64,000 nt of DNA from Escherichia phage mistaenkt, in the sequence record MN850587.1. One strand, written 5' to 3'. Below are positions 25,118-34,862 of the stretch, piece by piece. The notes under the pieces are model-generated. The model was given only the letters and a program-made list of their open reading frames with translations, made no database searches and was not told the DNA's origin. Position 1 is the stretch's first letter; each line of letters opens with the position of its first letter. The translations under genes and the position numbers were made by a program.

Positions 25118-27352
25118 TTAAACTCCGCAACCTTCACAGTAAGCGTCTTGGAGTGCTGACTTACCAACACCAATACGACTGTTAAGGTAGTACATAGTTT
25201 TCATCCCAACTGAGTTAGCATAAATCATGTACTTCAAAGCTTGCTCTAATGATACCTTTTTCGATTTTGAATAGTCAACATAGAAATCTGAAGAGATAGC
25301 TTGACCAGTGAATTTTTGAACAATTGCATAGCAATCAATCATATCAAAGGTGTCAATATCCCAAGCAATTTCATAGACATACTTCAACTCTTCGTAATCT
25401 GGAACGATAAATAAAACGTTACCAGTTGCTGACTTCTTGGTTAAGATGAAGTCACGAATTGGGTACAAACCATTTGTCGTATTAGTTGCCAGTGAAGAAC
25501 TCTCATTAGGCATGTAAGCCTCAAGTACAGAGTTTCTGATACCACCATTTGCTTTAATACGGTCTGCTAAGTCATCCCAATCATAACGAAGTTTTGCATC
25601 GTGTTTTGTATCAATCTTCCTGTTAGCTGTCTTCGGAGGAACCCAACCTTCAGGATACTTGGTGAACTTCATATATTCAGGTACACCACGCTCTTTTGCA
25701 AGTCTTAGTGAAGCCTCATGCAGATAGTAAGAGTGCATCTCTGCAAGTTCATGTAGCTTCGTTTTACCTGCTCTTGAAGAATAGTTCACGTAGTTCTTCG
25801 CAAGGTAGTGAGCCACATTCGTAAGGCCAATCCCAACAGAACGACGTTTCTGAACGTGGTTACGCATTGACGGATACGGATAGTCCATAAGGTCAATAAC
25901 GGAGTCAACCATTGCAAGAGCATAATAAGCAACGTCAGCGTATTCATCTTCTGTGATTCTCCCTGCTACCAGACTAGCTAAGAAGCAAAGAGCAACTTCA
26001 CCATCTTCTTTAGGTGCTGTGTAACTGTAAAGGTCACGTTCATCTTCAAACCCGTAAACTGGCAGTATAATTTCCATGCACAAGTTAGACATTTTCAAAG
26101 CTTCTTTAAACGGTGTGTGTGTGTTCGCATTGTTCGTAAAGAACGGATACACACGACCTGTGGCATAACGTTGCTGGATGAACAGCTTGGCAACTTCACG
26201 AGCCTTAACACGTTTATGCTTAACACCTGAATGCACTGCGTGACCGACTGCCATAGCAAACTCATCAGCAGATGCTGTGTAGAACATGTCATAAAGCTTT
26301 GGAGCGTCCTTGTAAGAGAACAGCAACCAATCTGTGTCATACTGTACACACTGCCAGAAATAGTCATTTGCACCAAATGAATAGTCCATCTCATTAATAC
26401 GCTTCGAAGGAACCGTTGTAGGATGCTTCAAACGCAGTAAATCTTCAATCTGCGGGTCTAGGGCAGTATAGAAGTTGTTAGCTGAACCACCACGACTCTT
26501 CTGCTTATTGGCCTCTACAGCAGCACGTACAAGCTTGTAGTAAGGAAGCTTACCCATGTGTTCAATGGTGTTTTGACGAATACCATCACCAATTGTACGG
26601 GTCTCCATAAGCATACCAATACCAGCTTGCTTGGTGGTCATATCATAAGCTACCTTAGTAGCAATGCCAAGAGACTCAGCAGTGTCATTAGCCTTGATTA
26701 AGCAGCATGACGCATAACCTGACTTAGTAGCACGTAAACCATTCAGATAAGGCGTAGGGGCGTTAATCTTCAGGTCAGACAGGTAAGTGTACAGCTTGAT
26801 AACATCTTCCAGTCTACGGTGCTTAGGTTGTCTCTCAAAGGCTTTCATAGCCATACCCATAAACATAAATTGTGGGGATTCAAACAGACGACCTGACTTG
26901 ATATCTCGGATGCCATACTTGTCACGGAACTGTTTCAGTACTGCATAACCGTAAGAGATATCTTTTGAGTGAACAATGTGACCTTGTAAATAGTCAATCT
27001 CTTGTTCGGTGTAATCCATGTGTTCCCACAAACCCATTTGCTCCATCTTCATAACGAAGTTGAACAGTTGAGGAACTTTTGTGAAACCACCAAAGGCTTC
27101 TTTGTAGATGATACCAAGGAGTAATCGACCAGCCATATCAGAGTACTCTTGAGTCTGCTTATCAATACAAACGTCAATCATAGCTTGGTGCATCTCTTTG
27201 GTAGAGCAACCTTCATAAACACGCTTCATGGCTTCCATAGTTACTTCTGACCAAATGATTCCTCGTTTGTCAGCCCATGAAGCCCATTTGTTTAAACGTT
27301 CTGGTTCGAATGGCACGATTGTACCGTCAGATTTGCGAATGGTCTTAATCAT
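25118..27352 (-). CDS. nrdA: Ribonucleotide reductase class I large subunit
   Basis: 744 aa; N-terminal ATP-cone-like region; C-terminal CEGCGV redox-active Cys pair. Confidence 0.9.
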   Translation of the reverse strand: MIKTIRKSDGTIVPFEPERLNKWASWADKRGIIWSEVTMEAMKRVYEGCSTKEMHQAMIDVCIDKQTQEYSDMAGRLLLGIIYKEAFGGFTKVPQLFNFVMKMEQMGLWEHMDYTEQEIDYLQGHIVHSKDISYGYAVLKQFRDKYGIRDIKSGRLFESPQFMFMGMAMKAFERQPKHRRLEDVIKLYTYLSDLKINAPTPYLNGLRATKSGYASCCLIKANDTAESLGIATKVAYDMTTKQAGIGMLMETRTIGDGIRQNTIEHMGKLPYYKLVRAAVEANKQKSRGGSANNFYTALDPQIEDLLRLKHPTTVPSKRINEMDYSFGANDYFWQCVQYDTDWLLFSYKDAPKLYDMFYTASADEFAMAVGHAVHSGVKHKRVKAREVAKLFIQQRYATGRVYPFFTNNANTHTPFKEALKMSNLCMEIILPVYGFEDERDLYSYTAPKEDGEVALCFLASLVAGRITEDEYADVAYYALAMVDSVIDLMDYPYPSMRNHVQKRRSVGIGLTNVAHYLAKNYVNYSSRAGKTKLHELAEMHSYYLHEASLRLAKERGVPEYMKFTKYPEGWVPPKTANRKIDTKHDAKLRYDWDDLADRIKANGGIRNSVLEAYMPNESSSLATNTTNGLYPIRDFILTKKSATGNVLFIVPDYEELKYVYEIAWDIDTFDMIDCYAIVQKFTGQAISSDFYVDYSKSKKVSLEQALKYMIYANSVGMKTMYYLNSRIGVGKSALQDAYCEGCGV

Positions 27353-27373
27353 TATTTTAGAGTCCTACAGGTG

Positions 27374-27396
27374 AAAAAGGGTCTCCGAAGAGACCC
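27374..27396 (-). terminator. Rho-independent terminator with UUCG-type loop
   Basis: GGGTCTC-CGAA-GAGACCC followed on the minus strand by TTTTTCACC. Confidence 0.6.
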
Positions 27397-27404
27397 ATTA
27401 GAGA

Positions 27405-27740
27405 TTAAATGCTAAAGATTTGTTTACTTTGCCAAAGTTCATAGAACTTGTGAGAAACCTTAGTCAGTGAAGCTTTTGACATTGCGTTGCAGTACCACCA
27501 ACGTTTAGTTTCATCAAACAGTTTTTCAAGGTCTTCGTGCAGGTTATCTTCCATTCGTGAAATAACAAAGTTACCACGCTTCTTACCAGTAACACGACCA
27601 AACTTGATATCACTTCGCCCTTTACAATCCTCTGTGTACATCACTATGTCACCGAACCGTAAAGGTTTGTCAAACTTATCTACTCCAAGTTCAACGCCAG
27701 CTTTTACATCTTCAATTGTAAGCTTATTTGCTTTAGACAT
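27405..27740 (-). CDS. Hypothetical protein (111 aa)
   Basis: ORF in operon. Confidence 0.6.
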   Translation of the reverse strand: MSKANKLTIEDVKAGVELGVDKFDKPLRFGDIVMYTEDCKGRSDIKFGRVTGKKRGNFVISRMEDNLHEDLEKLFDETKRWWYCNAMSKASLTKVSHKFYELWQSKQIFSI

Positions 27741-28065
27741 GATATTTATCCAAGTTTCGTTTCAGGTAAAGCCACCCATCATCAGTGCGCTCAACACCCA
27801 TGAACAGTGGAGCCGTTACAACCTTTCCAAACGTATTGCGATGTTGACAAATCTCATAAGAATACGTTTTCTCAATGTTTAGGCCATATTTGAAAAGCAC
27901 TGCTTTCAAGACCTGTTCATTATCCAGTAAAGTTTCTGGTGTCTCTCCATATTTTACTAACAGTGAATCATTCATAAACACTGTCATAGAGAGATTATAG
28001 TTTGAGAAATGGCTCTTTGGAGCCACCTCTTCAGTATTAATGTTCTGTGAATCCATTATAACCAA
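27733..28065 (-). CDS. Hypothetical protein (110 aa)
   Basis: ORF in operon. Confidence 0.55.
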   Translation of the reverse strand: MVIMDSQNINTEEVAPKSHFSNYNLSMTVFMNDSLLVKYGETPETLLDNEQVLKAVLFKYGLNIEKTYSYEICQHRNTFGKVVTAPLFMGVERTDDGWLYLKRNLDKYHV

Positions 28066-28792
28066 CCCCTTTTAACCAATTCTTCAGGTTATTTGCATCA
28101 TAGTTCAGTTTCGGGTATGAGGTCACATGGAACTTCTCACCGTCATAGTAAACAATATCTGCAAGCCATAATCCGTTTTCTCGGCAGAAGTCTTTGTCTG
28201 CTTTCGAACTGATTGGTCGAACTTCTGTGAAGTCACTCAATCCAAGGTCTTTCAAACTTCCTACAAGACCTTTACAGATAACGCATGTGTCAGATGTTAC
28301 CACGAACAATTCTTTGCTTTCAAGTTCCGCGATGAACTCTGCAAGCTGTACTTTAGGAAGATTAGACTGCTTCATAACCTTCTTATCAGACTCACGGATA
28401 ATGGCGTACCATTCTTTTCCGTCAATCGTTGAAGCACGTACACGACATTCATCACCAGTACGCTTTTCGATATCTGCGAGACGTTTCAAAGCTTCTTCGT
28501 AGTTATCAGTATACTTCAGGTTGTTATTCTCACAGACTGCTTTCATAGCTCCGTCATGGTCATGCTGTGAAAGGTAAATCAGTCCATCAAGAACATACTG
28601 TAAATCTGCCTGAGCATCAAGAGCCTCAATAGGGTCTTTTTCATCAACAGCTTTCAAAAGCTCTTTGGCTTCTTCTAACATGCAAAGTGCTTGACTACGC
28701 ATCGAAGACCAGTACTCAGGTGTATAAGGAGTCAACGGGGTCTTACCACAACGCTGATTCCAAGTTAGAACGGATTCTCTGGAATTAAACAT
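28037..28792 (-). CDS. Two-domain protein: all-alpha MazG-like N-terminal region plus thioredoxin-fold-like CxxC C-terminal region (tentative)
   Basis: N-terminal acidic helical pattern EEAKELLKAV...EALDAQADLQYV; C-terminal VVTSDTCVICKG. Confidence 0.4.
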   Translation of the reverse strand: MFNSRESVLTWNQRCGKTPLTPYTPEYWSSMRSQALCMLEEAKELLKAVDEKDPIEALDAQADLQYVLDGLIYLSQHDHDGAMKAVCENNNLKYTDNYEEALKRLADIEKRTGDECRVRASTIDGKEWYAIIRESDKKVMKQSNLPKVQLAEFIAELESKELFVVTSDTCVICKGLVGSLKDLGLSDFTEVRPISSKADKDFCRENGLWLADIVYYDGEKFHVTSYPKLNYDANNLKNWLKGVGYNGFTEH

Positions 28793-29001
28793 TAAACCTC
28801 CTGAAACAGTTTCTGCTGAGACTCAATATAATCCAGTCTGCCTTTCAGTTCAACACGTTTGTTAATCAGGTGCTGAATCTGGGACTCAAGAGCCTCCATT
28901 TCGGACTCCGTAGCTGCTTTAGCTTTGACAATTGCATCTTTCAGTGCTGCAATGTGGCTGTCAATTTTAGCTACGTGGTCATTCTTAATTTTGTTAAACA
29001 T
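28792..29001 (-). CDS. Small coiled-coil protein (69 aa)
   Basis: Heptad-like charged helix. Confidence 0.5.
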   Translation of the reverse strand: MFNKIKNDHVAKIDSHIAALKDAIVKAKAATESEMEALESQIQHLINKRVELKGRLDYIESQQKLFQEV

Positions 29002-29005
29002 AATC

Positions 29006-29506
29006 TTATTCTCTCTCGTTAAGTTTCATGATTTTATGGATTCTCTTCTCAGCATCTTCATAAGTCTCTTTGGTAAGAAACTTGATTGCTGCAATGTTTG
29101 CATTGTAGAAGAGTCGAAGCTTGGAGTCAATCCTTTTTGTCATGACGTCAAACTTATGTTGGAGGTTAGCTTCTCCGTAGACCAACCCACCTCGCGTATA
29201 ATAAGTTTGCACAATATAGAAGTCAAACTCTTTTTCACCGAAAGTTTCAATATCTTTCTTAATGTACTCAGAAGAGGTCTGGTAAACCATCCAGTCACTC
29301 TCTTTTGTCACAATCTTACGTCTGGCCTTTCCAGCTACTTTCTTCTTGGTGACATTGTTAAACTGCTTCTTACCAATGTAATACTGTCCAGTCTTTTTGC
29401 AGTACACTAAGTAAACGAAACCAAAATACTTAGCGGGGTCAATCTCCCCGCACAGTGAAATCCAATGCCCATATTCAGGGCAATTGCCAAAACCTTTAAT
29501 CTTCAT
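29006..29506 (-). CDS. GIY-YIG family endonuclease (putative homing endonuclease)
   Basis: FGFVYLVYCKKTGQYYIGKK matches the GIY...YIG motif; 166 aa; inserted between the exonuclease gene and downstream genes. Confidence 0.6.
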   Translation of the reverse strand: MKIKGFGNCPEYGHWISLCGEIDPAKYFGFVYLVYCKKTGQYYIGKKQFNNVTKKKVAGKARRKIVTKESDWMVYQTSSEYIKKDIETFGEKEFDFYIVQTYYTRGGLVYGEANLQHKFDVMTKRIDSKLRLFYNANIAAIKFLTKETYEDAEKRIHKIMKLNERE

Positions 29507-30536
29507 TCATAACAGGCTCCCAACCATATTTAGCAAATGTGAAGTCATCTTTCGGATTACGCTCTTGATAGGCAATCCAGAAGTGCTGGTGCATAAGTTC
29601 AAGAGGTGTTCTTGTGACCACTTGACCATCCCATGATTCATAAGTATATGACTCTTTCTTAGCGTAAAGTTCATAGATAGCATCAAGACACTCTTTGTAA
29701 GTCTCTTTACCTTCCAGAGCGTTCATTACAGCAACTTTCCCTGCACCCTTAAGGCCAAAGTAGTTATCTGCGTTGTCTCCTGCTACAGCTTGATAGCAGA
29801 GGAATTTGAAGCCTACACCAACAGTCTTTTTAGCTTTCGGCTTAGACTTGATAGGGCAATCCCAAATATTACCTACGTTACCGTCTGCAATGAAAATCAG
29901 AGGGGCTTTCTCGTAAGTCATATCAATACAGTAAGTTCCTTCCGCTTGGCGAAGGTCTTTATCAATACTCATAAGAGCAGCCTTCTTACCCATCTTCTCA
30001 GCTTTTGCAATAACAATGGAGTCAGCTTCAAAGCCACCTTTGAGAAGCTTAAACTCAGGTCGTGACAGAAGATACTCACGACAAGCAACTAAATGCGTAG
30101 GGGTTACTGATTCTTTACGGTTACCTTGATACTGGTGTTCAAGACCTTTAATGTCTTTGTGTTTATGTACACCTTTCTCAGTGAGGTATCCCATCCAAGT
30201 TCGCTCTTTACCAACAACTTTCAACCATTCCTGAAGAACTTGTTGAGTTGCCATAATAGCTTCTTTTTCACTCTTAGCTTCTTTCCAAGATTGTCTTTCC
30301 CATTCATCTTCATCGAATGCAAGACCAAGTTCCTCTGTTAGAACTCTCTGGTCAGATAGCCATTGATTAGCATCTTTAGCACTTTCAAAGGCATCAGACT
30401 CTTCAGCAGTGAGTTTATTCACATACTTGTACTTTGCTTTCTCAACGACACAGGCTCCCTTGTAAGCAATACTGTCAGAGTCAATAAAGACATGTGTCAC
30501 AGTATCTGGGAGTTTTGTTAACGTGTACTTTTCCAT
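29496..30536 (-). CDS. 5-prime to 3-prime exonuclease / flap endonuclease (FEN family)
   Basis: N-terminal VFIDSDSIAYKG and later SIDKDL, GVGFK blocks; track start 30548 is TTG; ATG at 30536 has a GGAG SD 7 nt upstream. Confidence 0.8.
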   Translation of the reverse strand: MEKYTLTKLPDTVTHVFIDSDSIAYKGACVVEKAKYKYVNKLTAEESDAFESAKDANQWLSDQRVLTEELGLAFDEDEWERQSWKEAKSEKEAIMATQQVLQEWLKVVGKERTWMGYLTEKGVHKHKDIKGLEHQYQGNRKESVTPTHLVACREYLLSRPEFKLLKGGFEADSIVIAKAEKMGKKAALMSIDKDLRQAEGTYCIDMTYEKAPLIFIADGNVGNIWDCPIKSKPKAKKTVGVGFKFLCYQAVAGDNADNYFGLKGAGKVAVMNALEGKETYKECLDAIYELYAKKESYTYESWDGQVVTRTPLELMHQHFWIAYQERNPKDDFTFAKYGWEPVMNED

Positions 30537-30551
30537 TTGTATCTCCAATAC

Positions 30552-30580
30552 GAAAAAGCCCCATACTAAGTACAGGGCTT
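30552..30580 (-). terminator. Hairpin terminator
   Basis: AGCCCC-loop-GGGGCT; minus strand followed by TTTTTCGTATTGGAGAT. Confidence 0.5.
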
Positions 30581-30598
30581 TGTAGTAACTACTGAGAA

Positions 30599-31450
30599 TT
30601 AATCTTCAGTATCGAAATCTTCTTCGTCGTCGTCATCTGGGTCTGGCATATCATCGTCGTCATCGTCAGAGTTAGTATCTTCAGAATCCTTCGCATCTTC
30701 TTCGGTGATTTCACCGTTATCTTCAACGCCATCCAGACCAAGCAGAGCCAGTTCATCTTCATCCAGTTCAGGCTCACCGTTACCACCTGTACCACCAGTG
30801 TACGGAACCAGAGTATCAATGATAAACTGTTCCTGAATCGGCTTCGTCAGAACGTTGCTTTCAAAAGTGTAGAAGTGAGTTGCAAGAATCACACTACCAA
30901 ATGAACCGTTGCCGACTGCGATATCTGGGTGAATAACATCATAAGTTTTGTCGTCATCGTGTTTGTCAGAATGTTGAGCCTTGATTTTCTTCATCGGCTG
31001 TTTAACTGCAACACGCTTACCGTTAACTTCTTCAATCAGCATAACAGGGAATGACTGTTTCGCTGTCCAGACTGCACCATCTTTATAAGCAGCAGCACGA
31101 CTTACTTTCAGAATGTGATAAGTGTCTGCTTCAAATGGTGGTTTGCAACCGAACTTCTCTTCAAAGTCATCTGCATCAACAGCTTCAGTTGTAACCTTAT
31201 CCCAACCATCAGGATTCTTTTTAGACTTGGTGAACTCTTTGAAGAGTTTGTTACCATCTTTTGCCAGAATTGAAACACTGTAGTTACAATCTTTGCCTGG
31301 GAATTTCTTATCAACTGATTTACCTTTTCCCGGACGTGGAATAGTATTCAGGTAGTAGAACCAAACATCTTTTAGCAAGTAACGCAGAGTCTGACGTTCA
31401 GTACCGTTGTATTTTTCTACCGGAGATTTCATTTTAACAACTTTAGACAT
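30599..31450 (-). CDS. Putative single-stranded DNA-binding protein with acidic C-terminal tail
   Basis: C-terminus DSEDTNSDDDDDDMPDPDDDDEEDFDTED; adjacent to primase-helicase; start moved to the ATG at 31450 (MSKVVKM), which has an RBS. Confidence 0.55.
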   Translation of the reverse strand: MSKVVKMKSPVEKYNGTERQTLRYLLKDVWFYYLNTIPRPGKGKSVDKKFPGKDCNYSVSILAKDGNKLFKEFTKSKKNPDGWDKVTTEAVDADDFEEKFGCKPPFEADTYHILKVSRAAAYKDGAVWTAKQSFPVMLIEEVNGKRVAVKQPMKKIKAQHSDKHDDDKTYDVIHPDIAVGNGSFGSVILATHFYTFESNVLTKPIQEQFIIDTLVPYTGGTGGNGEPELDEDELALLGLDGVEDNGEITEEDAKDSEDTNSDDDDDDMPDPDDDDEEDFDTED

Positions 31451-31535
31451 TCTTAAATCCTCTTTCTCAAAATTATTTCTTTCAAACTTGAAGGAGTACA
31501 ATCTTACAGACTTCATACTCCCTTGTCAAACACTT

Positions 31536-31673
31536 TTAAGCAGATTTTTTAGCTGCTTTACGTGCTGTCTTACCAGTGCGAACACGTTTTGCTTCGTAGT
31601 GTGCAGCAGATTTACCAGCAGTTGCTTTCAGTGAATCGCCAAATACTTTTTCAAACGCTTTAGAATGTTTCAT
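31536..31673 (-). CDS. Small basic Ala/Lys-rich protein (45 aa), not in ORF track
   Basis: ATG at 31673 with GGAGAG SD; hand translation MKHSKAFEKVFGDSLKATAGKSAAHYEAKRVRTGKTARKAAKKSA. Confidence 0.4.
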   Translation of the reverse strand: MKHSKAFEKVFGDSLKATAGKSAAHYEAKRVRTGKTARKAAKKSA

Positions 31674-31951
31674 ACAACTCTCCGATAAATTTCGTATTCA
31701 AATGTTTTGTCAGTCAACTTAAACATATATCCAGTATCATTGTCAACAGAAACTAAGATTCCATCAAGGCCAATCTCAATCTCTCTGTGCTCTAACTCAA
31801 CCGTATGCCCTTCGTTGATGAGTACTTTACAGAAATTGTCTATACGAGTCAAGCACTCTTTTTTAAATTTTACTGAATTTGTTTCTTCATAGAAGGGCGT
31901 AAAGCCCTCCTTAAGATACGCATCAGTCAGTTTCAAACGGGCAGTCATCAT
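31670..31951 (-). CDS. Hypothetical protein (93 aa)
   Basis: ORF overlapping the primase-helicase 3 prime end. Confidence 0.55.
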   Translation of the reverse strand: MMTARLKLTDAYLKEGFTPFYEETNSVKFKKECLTRIDNFCKVLINEGHTVELEHREIEIGLDGILVSVDNDTGYMFKLTDKTFEYEIYRRVV

Positions 31952-33920
31952 CTTCTCCGTCTTCGTTTAATACTGGTGGAATAGTATAACTTTGACGTTG
32001 CTCTTGAGTGTAAATCTCTCCAGTCTCACGGTCAAAGACTTCATCATCATAATGCGGCATAGAGTCATCGTAGTGGTCATCGGCTTCACCAATACCAAAC
32101 TGCTGACGAATATTCTCTGCTGCACCATCAATATCAACACCACTACCAGCAGCCTTGATAAGACGGCCTGTATCTGGATTATACCAAGTGTGACCAGCAA
32201 TACCAGTTGACTTACCATGACGACGACATTTCGTTAACTTGATTTTGGTCAAGTTTTTCTTAACAGGGTCTGGGTCAACCTTGTTACGCATTAACAGAAT
32301 GTTGTTCATGGAAATCTGGAAGTATGCACCAGAACCCTTGATATCCTCTTCAGAAATATCACCACCTTCAGAGTTAGCCTTCTGACCACCTGCACTCTTA
32401 CGAACGTGACAGACGTTTACCTGTGCATATTGGTAACGCTTGCAACGACGCAACAGTTCAGACAAAACTTCTTCTTCATCCGTATCAGAACGTGACAGAG
32501 CCAACGTGATAGGGTCAAGAATAATAATCTTACAGTCTAAGCTGTTAACCAGATAGTCAACAAACTCTAACAGGTTATCTTGGTCGATTGCCCCTTGGTG
32601 GTCAACGATATGGATACGACGACCAGCAGACAACTCAGCATGTGCAACCTTGATTTCATCCCAATTACGTTCATCGTAAGGAATCTCTGAAATCTGTTTG
32701 CTAAGGTGAATTGCACAGAGCATCTCCATTAACTCTTCGTAAGTATCTTCTACAGGAATCACACCGATATTGTAATCAGTTTCCTTCCAAGCAGTATAAA
32801 TCATTTCACGAGTGTAAGCTGATTTACCTACTGAAGATGGTGCTGCCAGAGTTGTAATCTCACCTAAACCGTAACCGCCATAAGTCAGTCTGTTCAAATC
32901 TCCGAAAGATTCTGGGAATGGAATCAGTGGAATCTGACCACGATTCTTCATTGCCTCAAAACCATCTGCGAAGTTCTTGATACCAGCAGGGCAGTATCGA
33001 GGTGCATTATAGATACGCTGTTTAAATCCTTCCAGTACTGTATCTTTCTCTTTATAAAACTTAGTCCACCATTCATTCAGGTCTTTGACACCTTCTGGAT
33101 ACTGGAATAAGCGAACCTTCTCAATCGGAAGAATACCAGCAGCCTCTTTAGTGGCTTTTGCACCTGCTTCGTCGTTATCAAAGCACAGGTAAATCTCATC
33201 AAATGATGTGATGTACTGATAGTTGTCTTTGATAGACTTAATGTTTGCACCTGATGGAACAGATACGTGACAGTAATTCTTACGACGAGACTTATCTTTA
33301 ATTGCCAGAGAAGTCATGTAGATTGCTGTAGCACATTCCATCTCACCTTCCCAGATGAAGAGACGGTTACCACCTTCTGGAGCAATCCATGAACCGAACA
33401 TTGCCAGTTCACCTTTAATGTCACCTACACCACCTGAGAAGTCTTTCAGCTTACCACGAAGATGCTCTTTCGGATGGTCTTCTGGGTAACGGTGACGAAC
33501 ACGGTAACCTACATGCTCAAGCTTTCCATTTTCATCTTTCTTGTAAGTTGGGTAAAAGTGTGCATCAATTTCACCTTCACCATCTACATCAACCTTGATA
33601 CCAAGACGGTCAAGCACCTTTGCAGGAATCTTACGGTCTTTCAAATCCATTGCTTCAAGGTTATCTTTTACATCGTCTAAATCCATACCACGGAAAGTAC
33701 GATTTTTATTGTCTGAACCAGTAGAATAAGTACTCACAATTTGCCCTTTATCAAAATCCCACTCTGGAAAACCCTTGTTGCAACTAAAGCAAGTCATCGA
33801 ATAAGAATCATCGTCATGATGATAGATTGAACCAGCATCTGATGAACCACACTTAGGGCAAGCACAATGACCAACAAACTGACCAGCTTCCTTCAATTTA
33901 CGACCTTTAGACATTAGCAC
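31923..33920 (-). CDS. Bifunctional DNA primase-helicase (T7 gp4-like)
   Basis: N-terminal zinc ribbon CPKCGSS...CFSCNKGF; helicase Walker A APSSVGKS; 665 aa. Confidence 0.85.
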   Translation of the reverse strand: MLMSKGRKLKEAGQFVGHCACPKCGSSDAGSIYHHDDDSYSMTCFSCNKGFPEWDFDKGQIVSTYSTGSDNKNRTFRGMDLDDVKDNLEAMDLKDRKIPAKVLDRLGIKVDVDGEGEIDAHFYPTYKKDENGKLEHVGYRVRHRYPEDHPKEHLRGKLKDFSGGVGDIKGELAMFGSWIAPEGGNRLFIWEGEMECATAIYMTSLAIKDKSRRKNYCHVSVPSGANIKSIKDNYQYITSFDEIYLCFDNDEAGAKATKEAAGILPIEKVRLFQYPEGVKDLNEWWTKFYKEKDTVLEGFKQRIYNAPRYCPAGIKNFADGFEAMKNRGQIPLIPFPESFGDLNRLTYGGYGLGEITTLAAPSSVGKSAYTREMIYTAWKETDYNIGVIPVEDTYEELMEMLCAIHLSKQISEIPYDERNWDEIKVAHAELSAGRRIHIVDHQGAIDQDNLLEFVDYLVNSLDCKIIILDPITLALSRSDTDEEEVLSELLRRCKRYQYAQVNVCHVRKSAGGQKANSEGGDISEEDIKGSGAYFQISMNNILLMRNKVDPDPVKKNLTKIKLTKCRRHGKSTGIAGHTWYNPDTGRLIKAAGSGVDIDGAAENIRQQFGIGEADDHYDDSMPHYDDEVFDRETGEIYTQEQRQSYTIPPVLNEDGEDDDCPFETD

Positions 33921-34098
33921 CTCTGCGTTGTAGTTCTGCTTTTAAGCCATTTTCAATCTTGTCTAGCTCGTGAATCTCTTCTGCAATCTCTTTCCGTCTT
34001 GAAGCGACCCTTTCAAGTCGCTCCATCATAACTTCTTTGGAAAGAGATGAGAGTTCCACCGAACGATGGTCAACAACTTCTAAATTATTTACTCTCAT
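33907..34098 (-). CDS. Small coiled-coil protein (63 aa)
   Basis: ORF upstream of primase-helicase. Confidence 0.5.
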   Translation of the reverse strand: MRVNNLEVVDHRSVELSSLSKEVMMERLERVASRRKEIAEEIHELDKIENGLKAELQRRGANV

Positions 34099-34109
34099 CT
34101 TTATCTCTC

Positions 34110-34853
34110 TTATTTAATGATAATAGCTTTCAGCTTATTTTCGAGGTCTTCAAGGCTACCATTGTTTTGAATAATGTCACGTTCAAATTTGGTAGAAATC
34201 CCATTTTCTGATTTATGTGATGAAACCTTAACCAGATTGTCTCTTTTTACCTCAATGATTTGGCTGTCAAAAGACTTTAAGAACTCTGCTTCATGGTCAA
34301 AACGTAAGTCACTAATCAGTGCAATACCATACTGGTTAGCTTTTGAGCATGATTCAAAGAACCTTTCCATTCTTTCTGCAAGGTCACGAATCCAGAACTT
34401 CTCTCCAAGAACTTTCCTGACAACTTCAGTTCCCCAGATTTGTTGAATCTGACGTGAAGAGAATTTGTAAGTTTTACTAAGTCCCATTCTGGTTAACAGA
34501 GTTGGTTTAGCAACCTTCTTCAGTTCCATGATTAATCGTCCAGTTAGCTCACCACATAACTTGACGTCAAGATGCAAGTTTTTGTGTGGGAATACCTGTT
34601 CAAGTGACCATTGAACTGCAAAGTACAGGTCAGAGAATCTTAAGTTGAACTTTTGAGGTGTCTCTTTAGTTTCACCATACAAATCGTTCCAGTCAAGGCC
34701 AAAGATGTATGCAGCAGATTCTTTTAAACTGTCTGCAAAAGCAAAGATGTGAACATTGCAACCTTCCTCATCTTGAAGGAAGTTCTTTACCAACATGCAG
34801 GAAGTGTCCTTACCAGAACGAGCCTTTCCAGTAAATGCAATAATACTTTTCAT
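34110..34853 (-). CDS. Deoxynucleoside monophosphate kinase (T4 gp1-like)
   Basis: P-loop GKARSGKDT at the N-terminus and C-terminal GSLEDLENKLK block resemble T4 dNMP kinase as recalled. Confidence 0.75.
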   Translation of the reverse strand: MKSIIAFTGKARSGKDTSCMLVKNFLQDEEGCNVHIFAFADSLKESAAYIFGLDWNDLYGETKETPQKFNLRFSDLYFAVQWSLEQVFPHKNLHLDVKLCGELTGRLIMELKKVAKPTLLTRMGLSKTYKFSSRQIQQIWGTEVVRKVLGEKFWIRDLAERMERFFESCSKANQYGIALISDLRFDHEAEFLKSFDSQIIEVKRDNLVKVSSHKSENGISTKFERDIIQNNGSLEDLENKLKAIIIK

Positions 34854-34862
34854 ATACCATTA

